A DNA stretch of 64,000 nucleotides, from positions 110,261-174,260 of the forward strand of contig JBNPEH010000005.1 in the NCBI GenBank assembly GCA_051117635.1, written 5' to 3'. Source of the stretch: Opitutales bacterium. Its GTDB lineage: Bacteria; Verrucomicrobiota; Verrucomicrobiia; Opitutales; JABSRG01. Position 1 is the first letter of the stretch; every line of letters begins with the position of its first letter. The notes under the pieces are model-generated. The model searched no databases, was not told the DNA's origin, and saw nothing but the letters and a program-made list of their open reading frames with translations. A program made the position numbers and the translations under genes. Shown here piece by piece: positions 8,679 through 17,540 of the stretch.

Positions 8679-9842
8679 GTGCCTCCCGCCCTCAAACTGT
8701 TCAGCCGCGATCCCGATCCCAACCGGGACCGCATCCGTCTGCTGCCGGCCGACGCCTTCTTCGTCGAAAGCGTTAACTTGCCGGCCGACGAGACCGGTAC
8801 CCCCGTGGAGGAAACCGCCGCCTTGCTCCTTGAGGCCGAAGCCCCCTTCCCCCTCGACCAACTCGCCTGGGGGTGCCGCTTCTGCACCCACAGCCGGACA
8901 CTGCTGGTTTATGCCGCCTTCAGCGACCGCCTGGCGGAGCATCTGGAAAACTCGCCACTGGAAGCCTACCGGCAGGTGTTCCCCGAGTTCCTGACGGCCT
9001 GCAAACCGGAGCCGACCGTGACCGACACCTACGGTATCCTCCTGTCGGATACGAGTCTGGCTGCGCTGCGCATTCCGGCCGGCGGCACCGTCCCCGACCG
9101 CCTGGCGGCCCGGAAACGACCGGATGACGCCGAGACACGCAAATCCACCGAAGCGGCGCTGCTGCGCGAAATCGGTTGTCCCGATCCGGCCGAGTCCGAA
9201 ACGCTCACCCGACCCCGGGCGCGCGAGCCCCACCCGGAACAGATCCGGCTGACCGTGGATACGGCTTTGGAGGAATCCCGTCATCACTCCCTCAGCGGGG
9301 ACGCGCTGTGGCGCGCGGACATTCGTCCCCCCGACTTCAAGCGGGCGGAGCGCCGGGGCCGGCGCCTGGATCTTCGGCTCTGGCGGACCGTGACGGGGCT
9401 CACCGCGACGCTGCTGGTTCTTCTGCTCGGGGAGGGCCTGTTGCTTGGCCTCAACCTGTGGGCGGAAGCCCGTGACGAGCGAGTGACCGACCGGGCGCCC
9501 GCGGTCAGCCGGCTGGAAAGCCAGCTGGATTTCGTCACCCAACTCGAGCAACGGGCGACCGGTGCGATGCAGCCCTTTACGGTCCTCGCGATCATGAACG
9601 AAGGTCGGCCCGAAACCTTGTATTTCACGGATGCGGAAGCCACCGACTTCCGCCAGTTTTCGGTCGAGGCGGTTGCCCGGAGTCCGGGCGAGGTCAACGC
9701 CTACGTCGATCGCCTGCGTGCCCTTCCCTGGTTCGAGCAAGTTGATCTGAAAATCAATTCGGTCAGCGGTCGCACGCTGTTCACCCTCAATCTGGTCGTC
9801 GCCAGCCTGCCTGACCTCGGGCCCGAAACCCCGGAATCATGA
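8679..9842 (+). CDS. T2SS assembly-platform protein at the GspL position (cytoplasmic domain, one TM, PilN-like periplasmic domain)
   Basis: 387 aa. It has a single TM (LTATLLVLLLGEGLLLGLNLW) near residue 250 and a C-terminal alpha/beta segment of about 115 aa. Assignment rests on its position between gspK and the GspM-like gene. Confidence 0.6.
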   Translation: MPPALKLFSRDPDPNRDRIRLLPADAFFVESVNLPADETGTPVEETAALLLEAEAPFPLDQLAWGCRFCTHSRTLLVYAAFSDRLAEHLENSPLEAYRQVFPEFLTACKPEPTVTDTYGILLSDTSLAALRIPAGGTVPDRLAARKRPDDAETRKSTEAALLREIGCPDPAESETLTRPRAREPHPEQIRLTVDTALEESRHHSLSGDALWRADIRPPDFKRAERRGRRLDLRLWRTVTGLTATLLVLLLGEGLLLGLNLWAEARDERVTDRAPAVSRLESQLDFVTQLEQRATGAMQPFTVLAIMNEGRPETLYFTDAEATDFRQFSVEAVARSPGEVNAYVDRLRALPWFEQVDLKINSVSGRTLFTLNLVVASLPDLGPETPES

Positions 9843-10432
9843 CCGCGACCACCCAGGATAATCCGAATGCGCGGAGCGAGCCCTGGCAGGCCCGGGCAAA
9901 AACCGCCTTCCTCCGGCTGAGTCGCCGGGAAAAAGGACTGCTCATCCTCTTTCTTGCGGTGATGGTCCTGATCTGGGCCGGAAGCAGCCTGAACCGGCTC
10001 AGCGAAAGGCGACTGGACTTGCGGGAGTCCGGCCTCGCGCTGGAGAATCAGGCCACCTGGCTCGGGAAGCAGGCGGACATCCAGGCGCGTCTCGAAGCCG
10101 CTTTGGCCAACCTCGATCCGGACAGCACCTATACCGGGGCCGAACTGGTCGCGACCGCCGACGAAATGGCTCGCGCCACGCTGGGAGCGGGCAACTACGA
10201 AATCCGCCGGCCGGTCACCCGCTCGGAGGATATATTCAACACCCACACGATTCAGGTTCGTGCCCGGCGAATCGATCTGGGGGCGTTGATGGCTTTTGAA
10301 GCCGCCATCCGCGCACGCGGTCCTTACATCGGCCTCGACCGGCTCCGCCTCTCCGCCAACCCGGCTAATCCGTCGCAACTTGACGCCCAGGCCACCCTTA
10401 CCTCCTTCGAACTGAAAACCGCCGACCTTTGA
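9839..10432 (+). CDS. T2SS assembly-platform protein at the GspM/PilO position
   Basis: 197 aa. It has an N-terminal TM (GLLILFLAVMVLIWAGSSL), then a coiled segment, then a small C-terminal domain. ATGA overlap with the upstream gene. Confidence 0.55.
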   Translation: MTATTQDNPNARSEPWQARAKTAFLRLSRREKGLLILFLAVMVLIWAGSSLNRLSERRLDLRESGLALENQATWLGKQADIQARLEAALANLDPDSTYTGAELVATADEMARATLGAGNYEIRRPVTRSEDIFNTHTIQVRARRIDLGALMAFEAAIRARGPYIGLDRLRLSANPANPSQLDAQATLTSFELKTADL

Positions 10433-10438
10433 TCCCCC

Positions 10439-12538
10439 ATGCAGGTCCCGATTCCCCTGTCCCTTCCGGCCATCCGCCTTCACGTCCTCGCAGCGGCCTT
10501 CCTCAGCCTGACCCTCAGCACGTCTCTGGTCGCGCAGCCTGACCCCGGAGCCACGCCCGGCGCGACAAACGGGATCGAGGAATCCGACCCCGACGAACGG
10601 GTCGGCCCCTTCATCCTCCGGGATGAAAGCGCGCCCCAGGTCCTCTCCCTGTTGGAAAAGCTGACCGGCAAGGTGATTCTGCGACCGCAGAATCTACAGC
10701 CGCAGAAAATCAACTTCGACAGCCTGGGCCCCCTTCCGCGCACGGACGCCGTCTCCGCCCTGAAAAGCCTGCTGAGCATGAACGGACTGGCCGTGGTTCC
10801 GCTCAACGACCGTTTCTGGAAGGCGGTCCAGATCAATACGGTCGTCAACAGCCTGACGCCCGAAGTCATTGGCGACGCCTCCGAAGCAGGTCCCGCCAGC
10901 CAGGAGATTTATTCCAAGATTTTCAGGCTCGATTACCTCACCACCGAACAGGCACTGGAGATCCTGCCGCCCTTCCTCACGCCGAACCTGGCTGAACCCG
11001 TCGCCTTCAAGAAATCCAACAGCATCCTGGTGACGGATTCACTGTCCGTCCTGCAGCGCCTCGAGCAGATCCTCGCGAGGGTCGACCAGCCGACCGACTA
11101 CCCCGAGCAACTCATTTTTCTGCCCCTCGAACACACCAGCGCCCCGGAACTGCAGCAGCGTATCCGCAACCTCGCCGAGGGCAGCCTGAAAAATTACCTG
11201 AGTGGAAACGCGGTCATCGAAGCGGACGAACGCACCAATCAGCTCATCGTCTTCACCCATCCCAGCAACGAGGCCCTGCTCCGCCAACTGGTCGACAAAC
11301 TCGATATCGATGTCGATCCCCTCACCCGCAATGAGGTTTTCTATATCCGGCACGCCAAAGCGACCGAAGTCGCGGCGCTCATCGAGCAGATCATCACCGG
11401 CCAGAAATCGGTCCGCAGCGAGACCGAGGGGCGAACCACCGCCACGACCGCCGGTCGCCGCAATGCCGATGAGACTCAGGGCCCGCAACCGGCCCGGCAA
11501 ACCACCCAGGTCTCCCTGCCCGGCAACGAAATCGGGGGAACCCCCAATCTCCAGTTCAGCGATTTCGTCGGCATCGTCGCGGACGAACGCAGCAACGCCA
11601 TCGTCGCCTACGGCACGGCTTCCGACATTGCCTACATCAGCGACCTCATCGATCGGATCGACGTCCTGCTCGCCCAGGTCCGCATCGAGGTGATCATCGC
11701 CGAGGTGACCCTTTCCCGGGACCAGGCCCGCGGCATCGATGCCTTCGGGGTCAACTACAGCGACACCGCGGAAGTCGAGTTTACGGTCGATGGCGCCTCC
11801 ACGTCCCGCCTCGAACAGTCGTTCAACCTCGGCGGCACGCTGCGCGATTTCTCGCTTGATGCGGTCATCAACACCGCCAAACGCGACAACAACGTGCGGG
11901 TGCTTTCCGCACCTACCATCGTCACGACCCACAACAAGGAAGCCATCATCAAGGTGGGCGAACGGCGACCGGTCATCACCAGCAGCCAGACCGATACCAC
12001 CAACACCGCCACCCGTTCGCAGATCCAGCTGCGGGACATCGGTATCGAGCTGAAGGTCAATCCGCTGATCGGCAATAACGGGGTCATCCAACTCGAAATC
12101 GAACAGAAGGTCGAAAACGTCATTGATACCGTGTCGATCGACGGCAATCAACAGCCGGTCATCGGCAACCGGGAAGCCACGTCTTTCGTCAGCGTGGCCG
12201 ATCAGGAACTCGTCGTGCTCGGCGGGCTGCAGGAAATCAGCGAGTCGGACGGACGCGGCCGCCTCTTCTTCTTTGGCGACATCCCCGTGGTCGGCGACCT
12301 GCTCTTCGGTTCCAGGACACGCGAATTGCAGCGACGGGAACTGCTCATTTTCATCAAGCCGATCGTGATGCAGGGGACCACGGCCGCCAACCGCCAAGGC
12401 CAGAAGGAAATCGATGATTCGCCACTCCGGGAGCAGATCGACGACCATCTCTCGGGCGAACGGCTGAAGACGCTCAATCCGAAACCGGTCGAGACATCCG
12501 ACGATGGGCCGGCCACCCGGCCGCCTCAGTTCCGCTGA
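10439..12538 (+). CDS. gspD: Type II secretion secretin GspD
   Basis: 699 aa with a signal peptide. Secretin core is present: LAQVRIEVIIAEVTLSRDQARGIDAFGV...VRVLSAPTIVTTHNKEAIIKVGERRPV...VVLGGL...IPVVGDLLFGSRTRELQRRELLIFIKPIVM. Confidence 0.92.
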   Translation: MQVPIPLSLPAIRLHVLAAAFLSLTLSTSLVAQPDPGATPGATNGIEESDPDERVGPFILRDESAPQVLSLLEKLTGKVILRPQNLQPQKINFDSLGPLPRTDAVSALKSLLSMNGLAVVPLNDRFWKAVQINTVVNSLTPEVIGDASEAGPASQEIYSKIFRLDYLTTEQALEILPPFLTPNLAEPVAFKKSNSILVTDSLSVLQRLEQILARVDQPTDYPEQLIFLPLEHTSAPELQQRIRNLAEGSLKNYLSGNAVIEADERTNQLIVFTHPSNEALLRQLVDKLDIDVDPLTRNEVFYIRHAKATEVAALIEQIITGQKSVRSETEGRTTATTAGRRNADETQGPQPARQTTQVSLPGNEIGGTPNLQFSDFVGIVADERSNAIVAYGTASDIAYISDLIDRIDVLLAQVRIEVIIAEVTLSRDQARGIDAFGVNYSDTAEVEFTVDGASTSRLEQSFNLGGTLRDFSLDAVINTAKRDNNVRVLSAPTIVTTHNKEAIIKVGERRPVITSSQTDTTNTATRSQIQLRDIGIELKVNPLIGNNGVIQLEIEQKVENVIDTVSIDGNQQPVIGNREATSFVSVADQELVVLGGLQEISESDGRGRLFFFGDIPVVGDLLFGSRTRELQRRELLIFIKPIVMQGTTAANRQGQKEIDDSPLREQIDDHLSGERLKTLNPKPVETSDDGPATRPPQFR

Positions 12539-12545
12539 CCGCTGC

Positions 12546-13067
12546 ATGCGCTTCATTCCCCAGTCCGCTCTTTTCCGCCGACCCCGGCCCCTCGGGATAC
12601 TGGTCGGGGCTGCGCTGTGGCCGGCCCTCGGCGTGTCCGCCCAATCGCTCGAAAAGCTGGTCGAGCGCTCTCCCTTCGCACCACCCGCTGCCAGTCAGCC
12701 AAAGGTATCGGAACCCGAGGACGCTCCGGCGGGGCCGGCCAGCCAGCGCTTCGAGTTCCGCGGGGTTGTCCACATCGAGAACGCCTGGCAGTTCAGCCTC
12801 TTCGACCGGGAGGAGGACCGGGGCTACTGGGTCGGTCTCGACGAATCCATCGGCTCGTCTCAGGTTGTCGGATACGACGCAGAAAACCGCAGCCTGCTAA
12901 TCAGCACCGGGGCCGACACCGAAACCCTGTCGCTGGAGGAAACCACCAGGCAGGCTCCCCGCCCGCCCGATCTCCAGAACAAGGAGGAGGACGAACCCCG
13001 GCGCATCGTCCCCCGGCGACGCGTCGTCCGGCCCATCCCCCGCCCCAACCCCAACGGCCGCTCATGA
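12546..13067 (+). CDS. Secreted hypothetical protein encoded after the secretin (possible GspC/PilP-type accessory)
   Basis: ATG at 12546 inside track ORF 12504..13067. It has a signal peptide (LGILVGAALWPALGVSAQS), a small beta-rich core (FEFRGVVHIENAWQFSLFDREEDRGYWVGLDESIGSSQVVGYDAENRSLLIS) and a basic Pro/Arg tail. The function is inferred only. Confidence 0.55.
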   Translation: MRFIPQSALFRRPRPLGILVGAALWPALGVSAQSLEKLVERSPFAPPAASQPKVSEPEDAPAGPASQRFEFRGVVHIENAWQFSLFDREEDRGYWVGLDESIGSSQVVGYDAENRSLLISTGADTETLSLEETTRQAPRPPDLQNKEEDEPRRIVPRRRVVRPIPRPNPNGRS

Positions 13068-13084
13068 TAGTAAAGCATGGAAAA

Positions 13085-13422
13085 GCTCTCACAGAGACAC
13101 GGAGGCACGGAGTTGGAGCGTCAGGAAAGCGTCCCGTTGATGCTCCGGACGATCCCGTCTTTCAAAAGCGATTCTCCAAAGTTGAAAAGATAACCCAGAC
13201 GATAACCCGAAAGCTTCAAGTAGGTAAGCAGCTGTTTTTTATGCGCTGGCGCAAGGCGTTCAACCGACTTCAGCTCAAGGAGCACCTTCCCTCCTACCAG
13301 CATATCGGCTCGGAAACCCTCATCAAATTCCTCCAATTTCATTTTCTCCCATAACGATGCCATAAAGGGTTGCGCTATCTCCCACAACATCACTCTCCGC
13401 GTCTCTGCGTCTCTGTGAGAGC
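13085..13422 (-). mobile_element. TIR-bounded mini-element carrying a decayed GxxExxY gene
   Basis: The arm 13085-13112 (GCTCTCACAGAGACACGGAGGCACGGAG) matches the reverse complement of 13395-13422 (GCTCTCACAGAGACGCAGAGACGCGGAG) at 24 of 28 positions by my hand alignment. The cargo ORF lies between the arms. Confidence 0.55.
13121..13390 (-). pseudogene. N-terminally truncated GxxExxY / PD-(D/E)xK (PDDEXK_3-type) protein remnant
   Basis: These are the last 89 codons of track ORF 13121..15097(-): ...FRADMLVGGKVLLELKSVERLAPAHKKQLLTYLKLSGYRLGYLFNFGESLLKDGIVRSIN. This matches the C-terminal half of the family. The N-terminal GxxExxY half is missing. Confidence 0.6.
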
Positions 13423-13465
13423 CCCTGCCTCCGTGTGACCCTCCCCACCCCAAGTTCCAGCCCTG

Positions 13466-15208
13466 ATGACCCAGCCTGACACCCAAGCCGAACCGGTTGA
13501 GCGCTTCCTTGCAGGGCTGCCCGAGGCGGACCGGGAGACCGTGTTGGCACTGCCGCGGGAAGACCGGTTGGCCGAGTTGGCGCGCCTCACCGACCGCCGG
13601 ATCGGTGAACTGGCCGGAGACCTGGCCACCGCCTGCGGCCTGCCCTTTCTCGACCGCTTCCAGATGGCGGAAGATGCCACCAGCCGACTGCCCTTGCGCG
13701 TCATGCACGCCTATCATTGCCTGCCGCTGGCGGGCGAACCCGATGCCGCCACCGGGGCCGCGCTGCCGCTGGTCACGGTCTGGCCGCCCGACGCCGCCAT
13801 GGACCGCTGGATTCGCGCGGTCACCGGGCGCCCCGCCGCCTGGCACCTGGGCCTGCCTGACCAGATCGGCAACACCCTCACCCAGCAGTTTGGTGTCGGC
13901 AGCGGCAGCCTCGAAGATTCGGACATCGCGGACGACCTCGGTGAGGCCGAAGAAGAGGACACCGAGGACCAGAACGCAGCGGTCATCCGCTTCGTCAACG
14001 AGGTGGTCCAGAAAGCCGTCGTCGACCGGGCGACCGACATTCACTTCGAGCCGCATCGGGACTCGTTGCAAATCCGCTACCGGATCGACGGCCAGCTGGT
14101 ACCGGTCCGGGTGCCGGACAACCTGCGTCAGTTTCAGGGTGCCATCACCTCCCGCCTGAAGATCATGGCGCGTCTCAACATTTCCGAAAAACGGCGGCCG
14201 CAGGACGGGCGCATCACCTTCCAGTCGGGCCAGGGGGAGTTGGACATCCGGATCAGCACCTTCCCGACGCTCTATGGCGAGAGCGTTTCCCTCCGTCTGC
14301 TCAACACCAGGAGCCAGCCGCTGACCGTTCGGGAACTCGGGCTGTTGCCGGAGGACGAGGAGAAGGTGAACCACGCGGTCGCCCGCCCCTACGGCATCAT
14401 CCTGGTTACCGGCCCCACCGGCTCGGGGAAGTCCACCTCGCTCACCGCCTTCATCCGCAAAATCAATACGCCCGAGCGCCGCATCATTACGGTCGAAGAT
14501 CCGGTCGAGTACGAGGTGCCGGGCGTCAATCAGACTCAGATCCGCACCGAGATCGGGCTCAACTTCGCGTCCGCCCTGCGCCATGTCCTGCGGCAGGATC
14601 CGGACGTCATCATGGTCGGGGAGATCCGCGACCGGGACACCGCCGACATCGCCATCCGCGCCTCGCTGACGGGCCACCTGGTCCTCTCCACCCTGCACAC
14701 CAATGATGCGCCGGGCGCGCTGACGCGCCTCATCGACATGGACATCGAGCCGTTCCTGATCGCCTCGTCCGTCGAAATGATCATCGCCCAGCGCCTGGTG
14801 CGGCGCCTTTGCCCGGCCTGCGCCCGGCCGGCCACCTTTCCACCCGGCCACCTGGCCGGCTGCCTCACCGCGCTCGGTCTCGATCCCGCCGGAGCGGCAA
14901 AGGCCGACGGCATCCTGGAAGCCGTGGGCTGTGAGCAATGCCGCAGCCTCGGTTATCGCGGACGGGTCGGTATTTTCGAAATCCTCGGCATCAGCGACGC
15001 CATCCATGAGCTGATCGTCCAGAAAGCCTCCGCCCGCATGATCCGCCAGCAGGCGATCCGCGAGGGCATGAAGACCCTGCAGACCTGTGGCTGGCAACAG
15101 GTCCGGGCCGGGCTGACCACCCTGGAGGAGGTCATGCGTTTCGCCGAGACCACGGAGGAAGAGACGGAGGCCGCTGCCGGTTCACCCCTGTCCCCACCGG
15201 AAGGCTGA
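13466..15208 (+). CDS. gspE: Type II secretion ATPase GspE
   Basis: 580 aa with a T2SSE_N-like N-terminus. It has Walker A ([11 protein letters not shown]), Asp/His boxes, Walker B ([12 protein letters not shown]) and the tetracysteine motif (CPAC...CEQC). Confidence 0.93.
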   Translation: MTQPDTQAEPVERFLAGLPEADRETVLALPREDRLAELARLTDRRIGELAGDLATACGLPFLDRFQMAEDATSRLPLRVMHAYHCLPLAGEPDAATGAALPLVTVWPPDAAMDRWIRAVTGRPAAWHLGLPDQIGNTLTQQFGVGSGSLEDSDIADDLGEAEEEDTEDQNAAVIRFVNEVVQKAVVDRATDIHFEPHRDSLQIRYRIDGQLVPVRVPDNLRQFQGAITSRLKIMARLNISEKRRPQDGRITFQSGQGELDIRISTFPTLYGESVSLRLLNTRSQPLTVRELGLLPEDEEKVNHAVARPYGIILVTGPTGSGKSTSLTAFIRKINTPERRIITVEDPVEYEVPGVNQTQIRTEIGLNFASALRHVLRQDPDVIMVGEIRDRDTADIAIRASLTGHLVLSTLHTNDAPGALTRLIDMDIEPFLIASSVEMIIAQRLVRRLCPACARPATFPPGHLAGCLTALGLDPAGAAKADGILEAVGCEQCRSLGYRGRVGIFEILGISDAIHELIVQKASARMIRQQAIREGMKTLQTCGWQQVRAGLTTLEEVMRFAETTEEETEAAAGSPLSPPEG

Positions 15209-15211
15209 TCC

Positions 15212-16573
15212 ATGCCACGCTTCGTTTACAAGGCGGTGGATGCCAACGGAAAACCCCTGAGCGGCGAACACGAAGCCGCGGACCGGGGCGCCCTCCTCGC
15301 GTGGCTGCGTTCACGGCGCGCGCGTCCGCTAAGTATCCAAGAGCTGGATACAAATCCCAAAAGAACCGGGACCGCACCCCCTGAGCGCAGGCGGACCCGG
15401 TCGGACGCCGATCAGGGCGACCTCCTGGATTCAGCGGTCAACCGGGGTCTGGCGGCGGCTCAACGCGCTGCGGAAGCGGAAGGGCCCGACACCGATTCGG
15501 TCGAAAAAGCATCCTTTTCCCGGCTGCAACAGTTCCGTTCCCGGGAGAAAGCGGCCCTGGCCTTCCTCAAGCGGCTGATGGACCTGCATGGCAGCGGCAT
15601 GCCGGTGGGGGATGCGGTTCGCCTCCTCCAGCAACGGTTGTCCGACCCGGCCCTGCGCGAGATCGCCAACGCGCTTTGGCGGGAACTGAGCGAAGGCCGG
15701 ACCCTGGCCGACGCGATGCGTCGTCTGCCGGATGTGTTTCCCGAGTCCGTCTGCACGGTCGTCGATGCCGGTGAGGCGACCGGACAACTCGCCCCCATCC
15801 TCGAAAAGGTGATTCAATACCTGGAGGAGCGCGCGACCGTGCGCAGCCGGCTTGCCTCCGGGCTGGCCTATCCCGCCTTCGTCGCATCGATGGCGCTGGG
15901 GGTCGCGCTGCTGCTTGTCTTCTACCTTCTGCCGCGAATCAACGGCATGCTCCAGCAACTCGGCGGTGAAATGAACTGGAGCATGCGCATCCTGACCGGG
16001 GGGTCTCAGCTCCTTATTCAGATCGGGCCGCTGGTCGCCATCGGGCTGCTGATGGCCGGCATCGGCCTCTGGCAATGGCGCAGGACCCCGGCCGGTCGCG
16101 AGGCCACCGACACCCTGGCCCTGCGCCTGCCGCTTTTCGGACCCGTGTTCCGGCTCTCCACCCAGTTCCAACTGACCAGCATCAGCGGCACCCTGCTGGC
16201 CAGCGGCATCAACATGACCGAGGCCCTGCGCCTGACCGAAAAGACGCTCCAGAACGTCCCGCTGCGCGCGCGCTTCCGCCTGGCACGTACCGAGGTCAAC
16301 GAGGGGCTGTCGCTGTCCCGCGCGCTGCAGCGTCATCGGCTGCTGCCCGATCTGGCCATCGACGTCCTTTCCGTCGGTGAAAATACCGGCAGCCTGGTCA
16401 ACAGCCTGAACGAGGTGGCCACCGGTTTCCGCCGCGACCTGACCCGACGCCTTGACCGGCTCACCACGCTGGTTACCGCGCTTGCGCTCGCCTTCGCCTT
16501 CGCCCTGGTCGCGCTCGTCGCCATCGGCATGGTCTCCAGCGTCTTCCAGGTCTCCCGGACGCTGTCGCTGTAG
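15212..16573 (+). CDS. gspF: Type II secretion inner-membrane platform protein GspF
   Basis: 453 aa starting MPRFVYKAVDANGKPLSGEHEA. It shows the duplicated GspF-type domain and three TM regions. It starts 4 nt after the gspE stop. Confidence 0.9.
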   Translation: MPRFVYKAVDANGKPLSGEHEAADRGALLAWLRSRRARPLSIQELDTNPKRTGTAPPERRRTRSDADQGDLLDSAVNRGLAAAQRAAEAEGPDTDSVEKASFSRLQQFRSREKAALAFLKRLMDLHGSGMPVGDAVRLLQQRLSDPALREIANALWRELSEGRTLADAMRRLPDVFPESVCTVVDAGEATGQLAPILEKVIQYLEERATVRSRLASGLAYPAFVASMALGVALLLVFYLLPRINGMLQQLGGEMNWSMRILTGGSQLLIQIGPLVAIGLLMAGIGLWQWRRTPAGREATDTLALRLPLFGPVFRLSTQFQLTSISGTLLASGINMTEALRLTEKTLQNVPLRARFRLARTEVNEGLSLSRALQRHRLLPDLAIDVLSVGENTGSLVNSLNEVATGFRRDLTRRLDRLTTLVTALALAFAFALVALVAIGMVSSVFQVSRTLSL

Positions 16574-16581
16574 AAAATGAC

Positions 16582-16821
16582 GGCACGAGAGATCAAACGC
16601 AAAGGCACCAAGAGCGCGAGGCGAGCCTGGGAGGGTGGAGAGGGGCGCATTCGTGGGAGGCGTTTCGCTTCAGCGGACGCTCAGGGAAACCAGCCTGCAG
16701 CAAGTCCTGGAGACGCGAGGCAGGGCTGAAGGCCTTGCTCTCGCAGAGAGAGGGGCGAATGATAATCCTGTCTGCCAGGTGTTTCTCACCCACCCTTTGT
16801 GGTCTTTCGTGCCCTTGGTGG
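16582..16821. mobile_element. Cargo-less MITE-like element with CACGA(A/G)AG-type terminal inverted repeats
   Basis: Left end is GGCACGAGAGATCAAACGCAAAGG. The reverse complement of the right end is GGCACGAAAGACCACAAAGG. Both use the same word family as the ends of the 43548-43829 element. No convincing ORF lies inside. Confidence 0.4.
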
Positions 16822-16835
16822 AAAAAATGCCTGAT

Positions 16836-17540
16836 TCACCCCTGTCCGTAGTAGGCGGCCGGACCGTGCTTGCGATCGAAGTGCTTGCGGAGCAGGGCAT
16901 CGGGCAGATCCTGCAGGTCAGCCTGGAGCGTGAGGGTCTTCAACGCCAGGTCGGCGCAAATTTCCAGGGCCATGGCGTTTTCCAGCGCCCTGGCCGCGTT
17001 AACACCCCAGCAGAACGGGCCGTGGCCCTGAACCAGGACCGCGGGGCAACGGACGGGATCGACCTCTTGGGTTTCAAAGGTTTCCACGATCACCCGTCCG
17101 GTCTCCCCTTCGTAGTCGCCGGCAACCTCCTCCGGCGTGAGCCAGCGTGTGCAGGGCACCGGACCATCGAAGTGGTCGGCGTGCGTCGTGCCCAGGCAGG
17201 GCAGCGGCCGCCCCGCCTGCGCGAAGGCCACCGCCGCGCGGCTGTGCGTGTGGACGACGGCCGTGGTGCCGGACGAACCGAACGCTTCAAACAGAACGCA
17301 ATGCGTGGGCGTGTCCGAGGACGGCTTGAGCGAACCGTCAACCACCTTGCCCTCCAGATCGACAATGACCATATCTTTCGGCGTCAGCTCGCCGTAGGCC
17401 ACCCCACTGGGCTTAATGGCAAAAACGCCGGCCGGCGGGTCGAGCACACTGACATTGCCAAAGGTCAAATCGACCAGACCGGTCCTGGGCAGCGCCAGAT
17501 TGGCCTCGCAACAGGCTTCACGGATGGCAGCGTGATTCAT
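16836..17540 (-). CDS. araD: L-ribulose-5-phosphate 4-epimerase
   Basis: 234 aa of the class II aldolase/adducin fold: [57 protein letters not shown]...VVHTHS. 4-nt overlap with araA. Confidence 0.88.
   Translation of the reverse strand: MNHAAIREACCEANLALPRTGLVDLTFGNVSVLDPPAGVFAIKPSGVAYGELTPKDMVIVDLEGKVVDGSLKPSSDTPTHCVLFEAFGSSGTTAVVHTHSRAAVAFAQAGRPLPCLGTTHADHFDGPVPCTRWLTPEEVAGDYEGETGRVIVETFETQEVDPVRCPAVLVQGHGPFCWGVNAARALENAMALEICADLALKTLTLQADLQDLPDALLRKHFDRKHGPAAYYGQG

Noticed and set aside
13391-15097. The upstream 570 or so codons of the 658-aa minus-strand ORF 13121..15097, considered as a large fusion protein ending in a GxxExxY domain.
   Set aside because: This stretch is antisense to gspE, whose Walker motifs and tetracysteine motif are unambiguous. 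Only the last 89 codons, outside gspE, show family similarity. The long frame is a read-through artefact.
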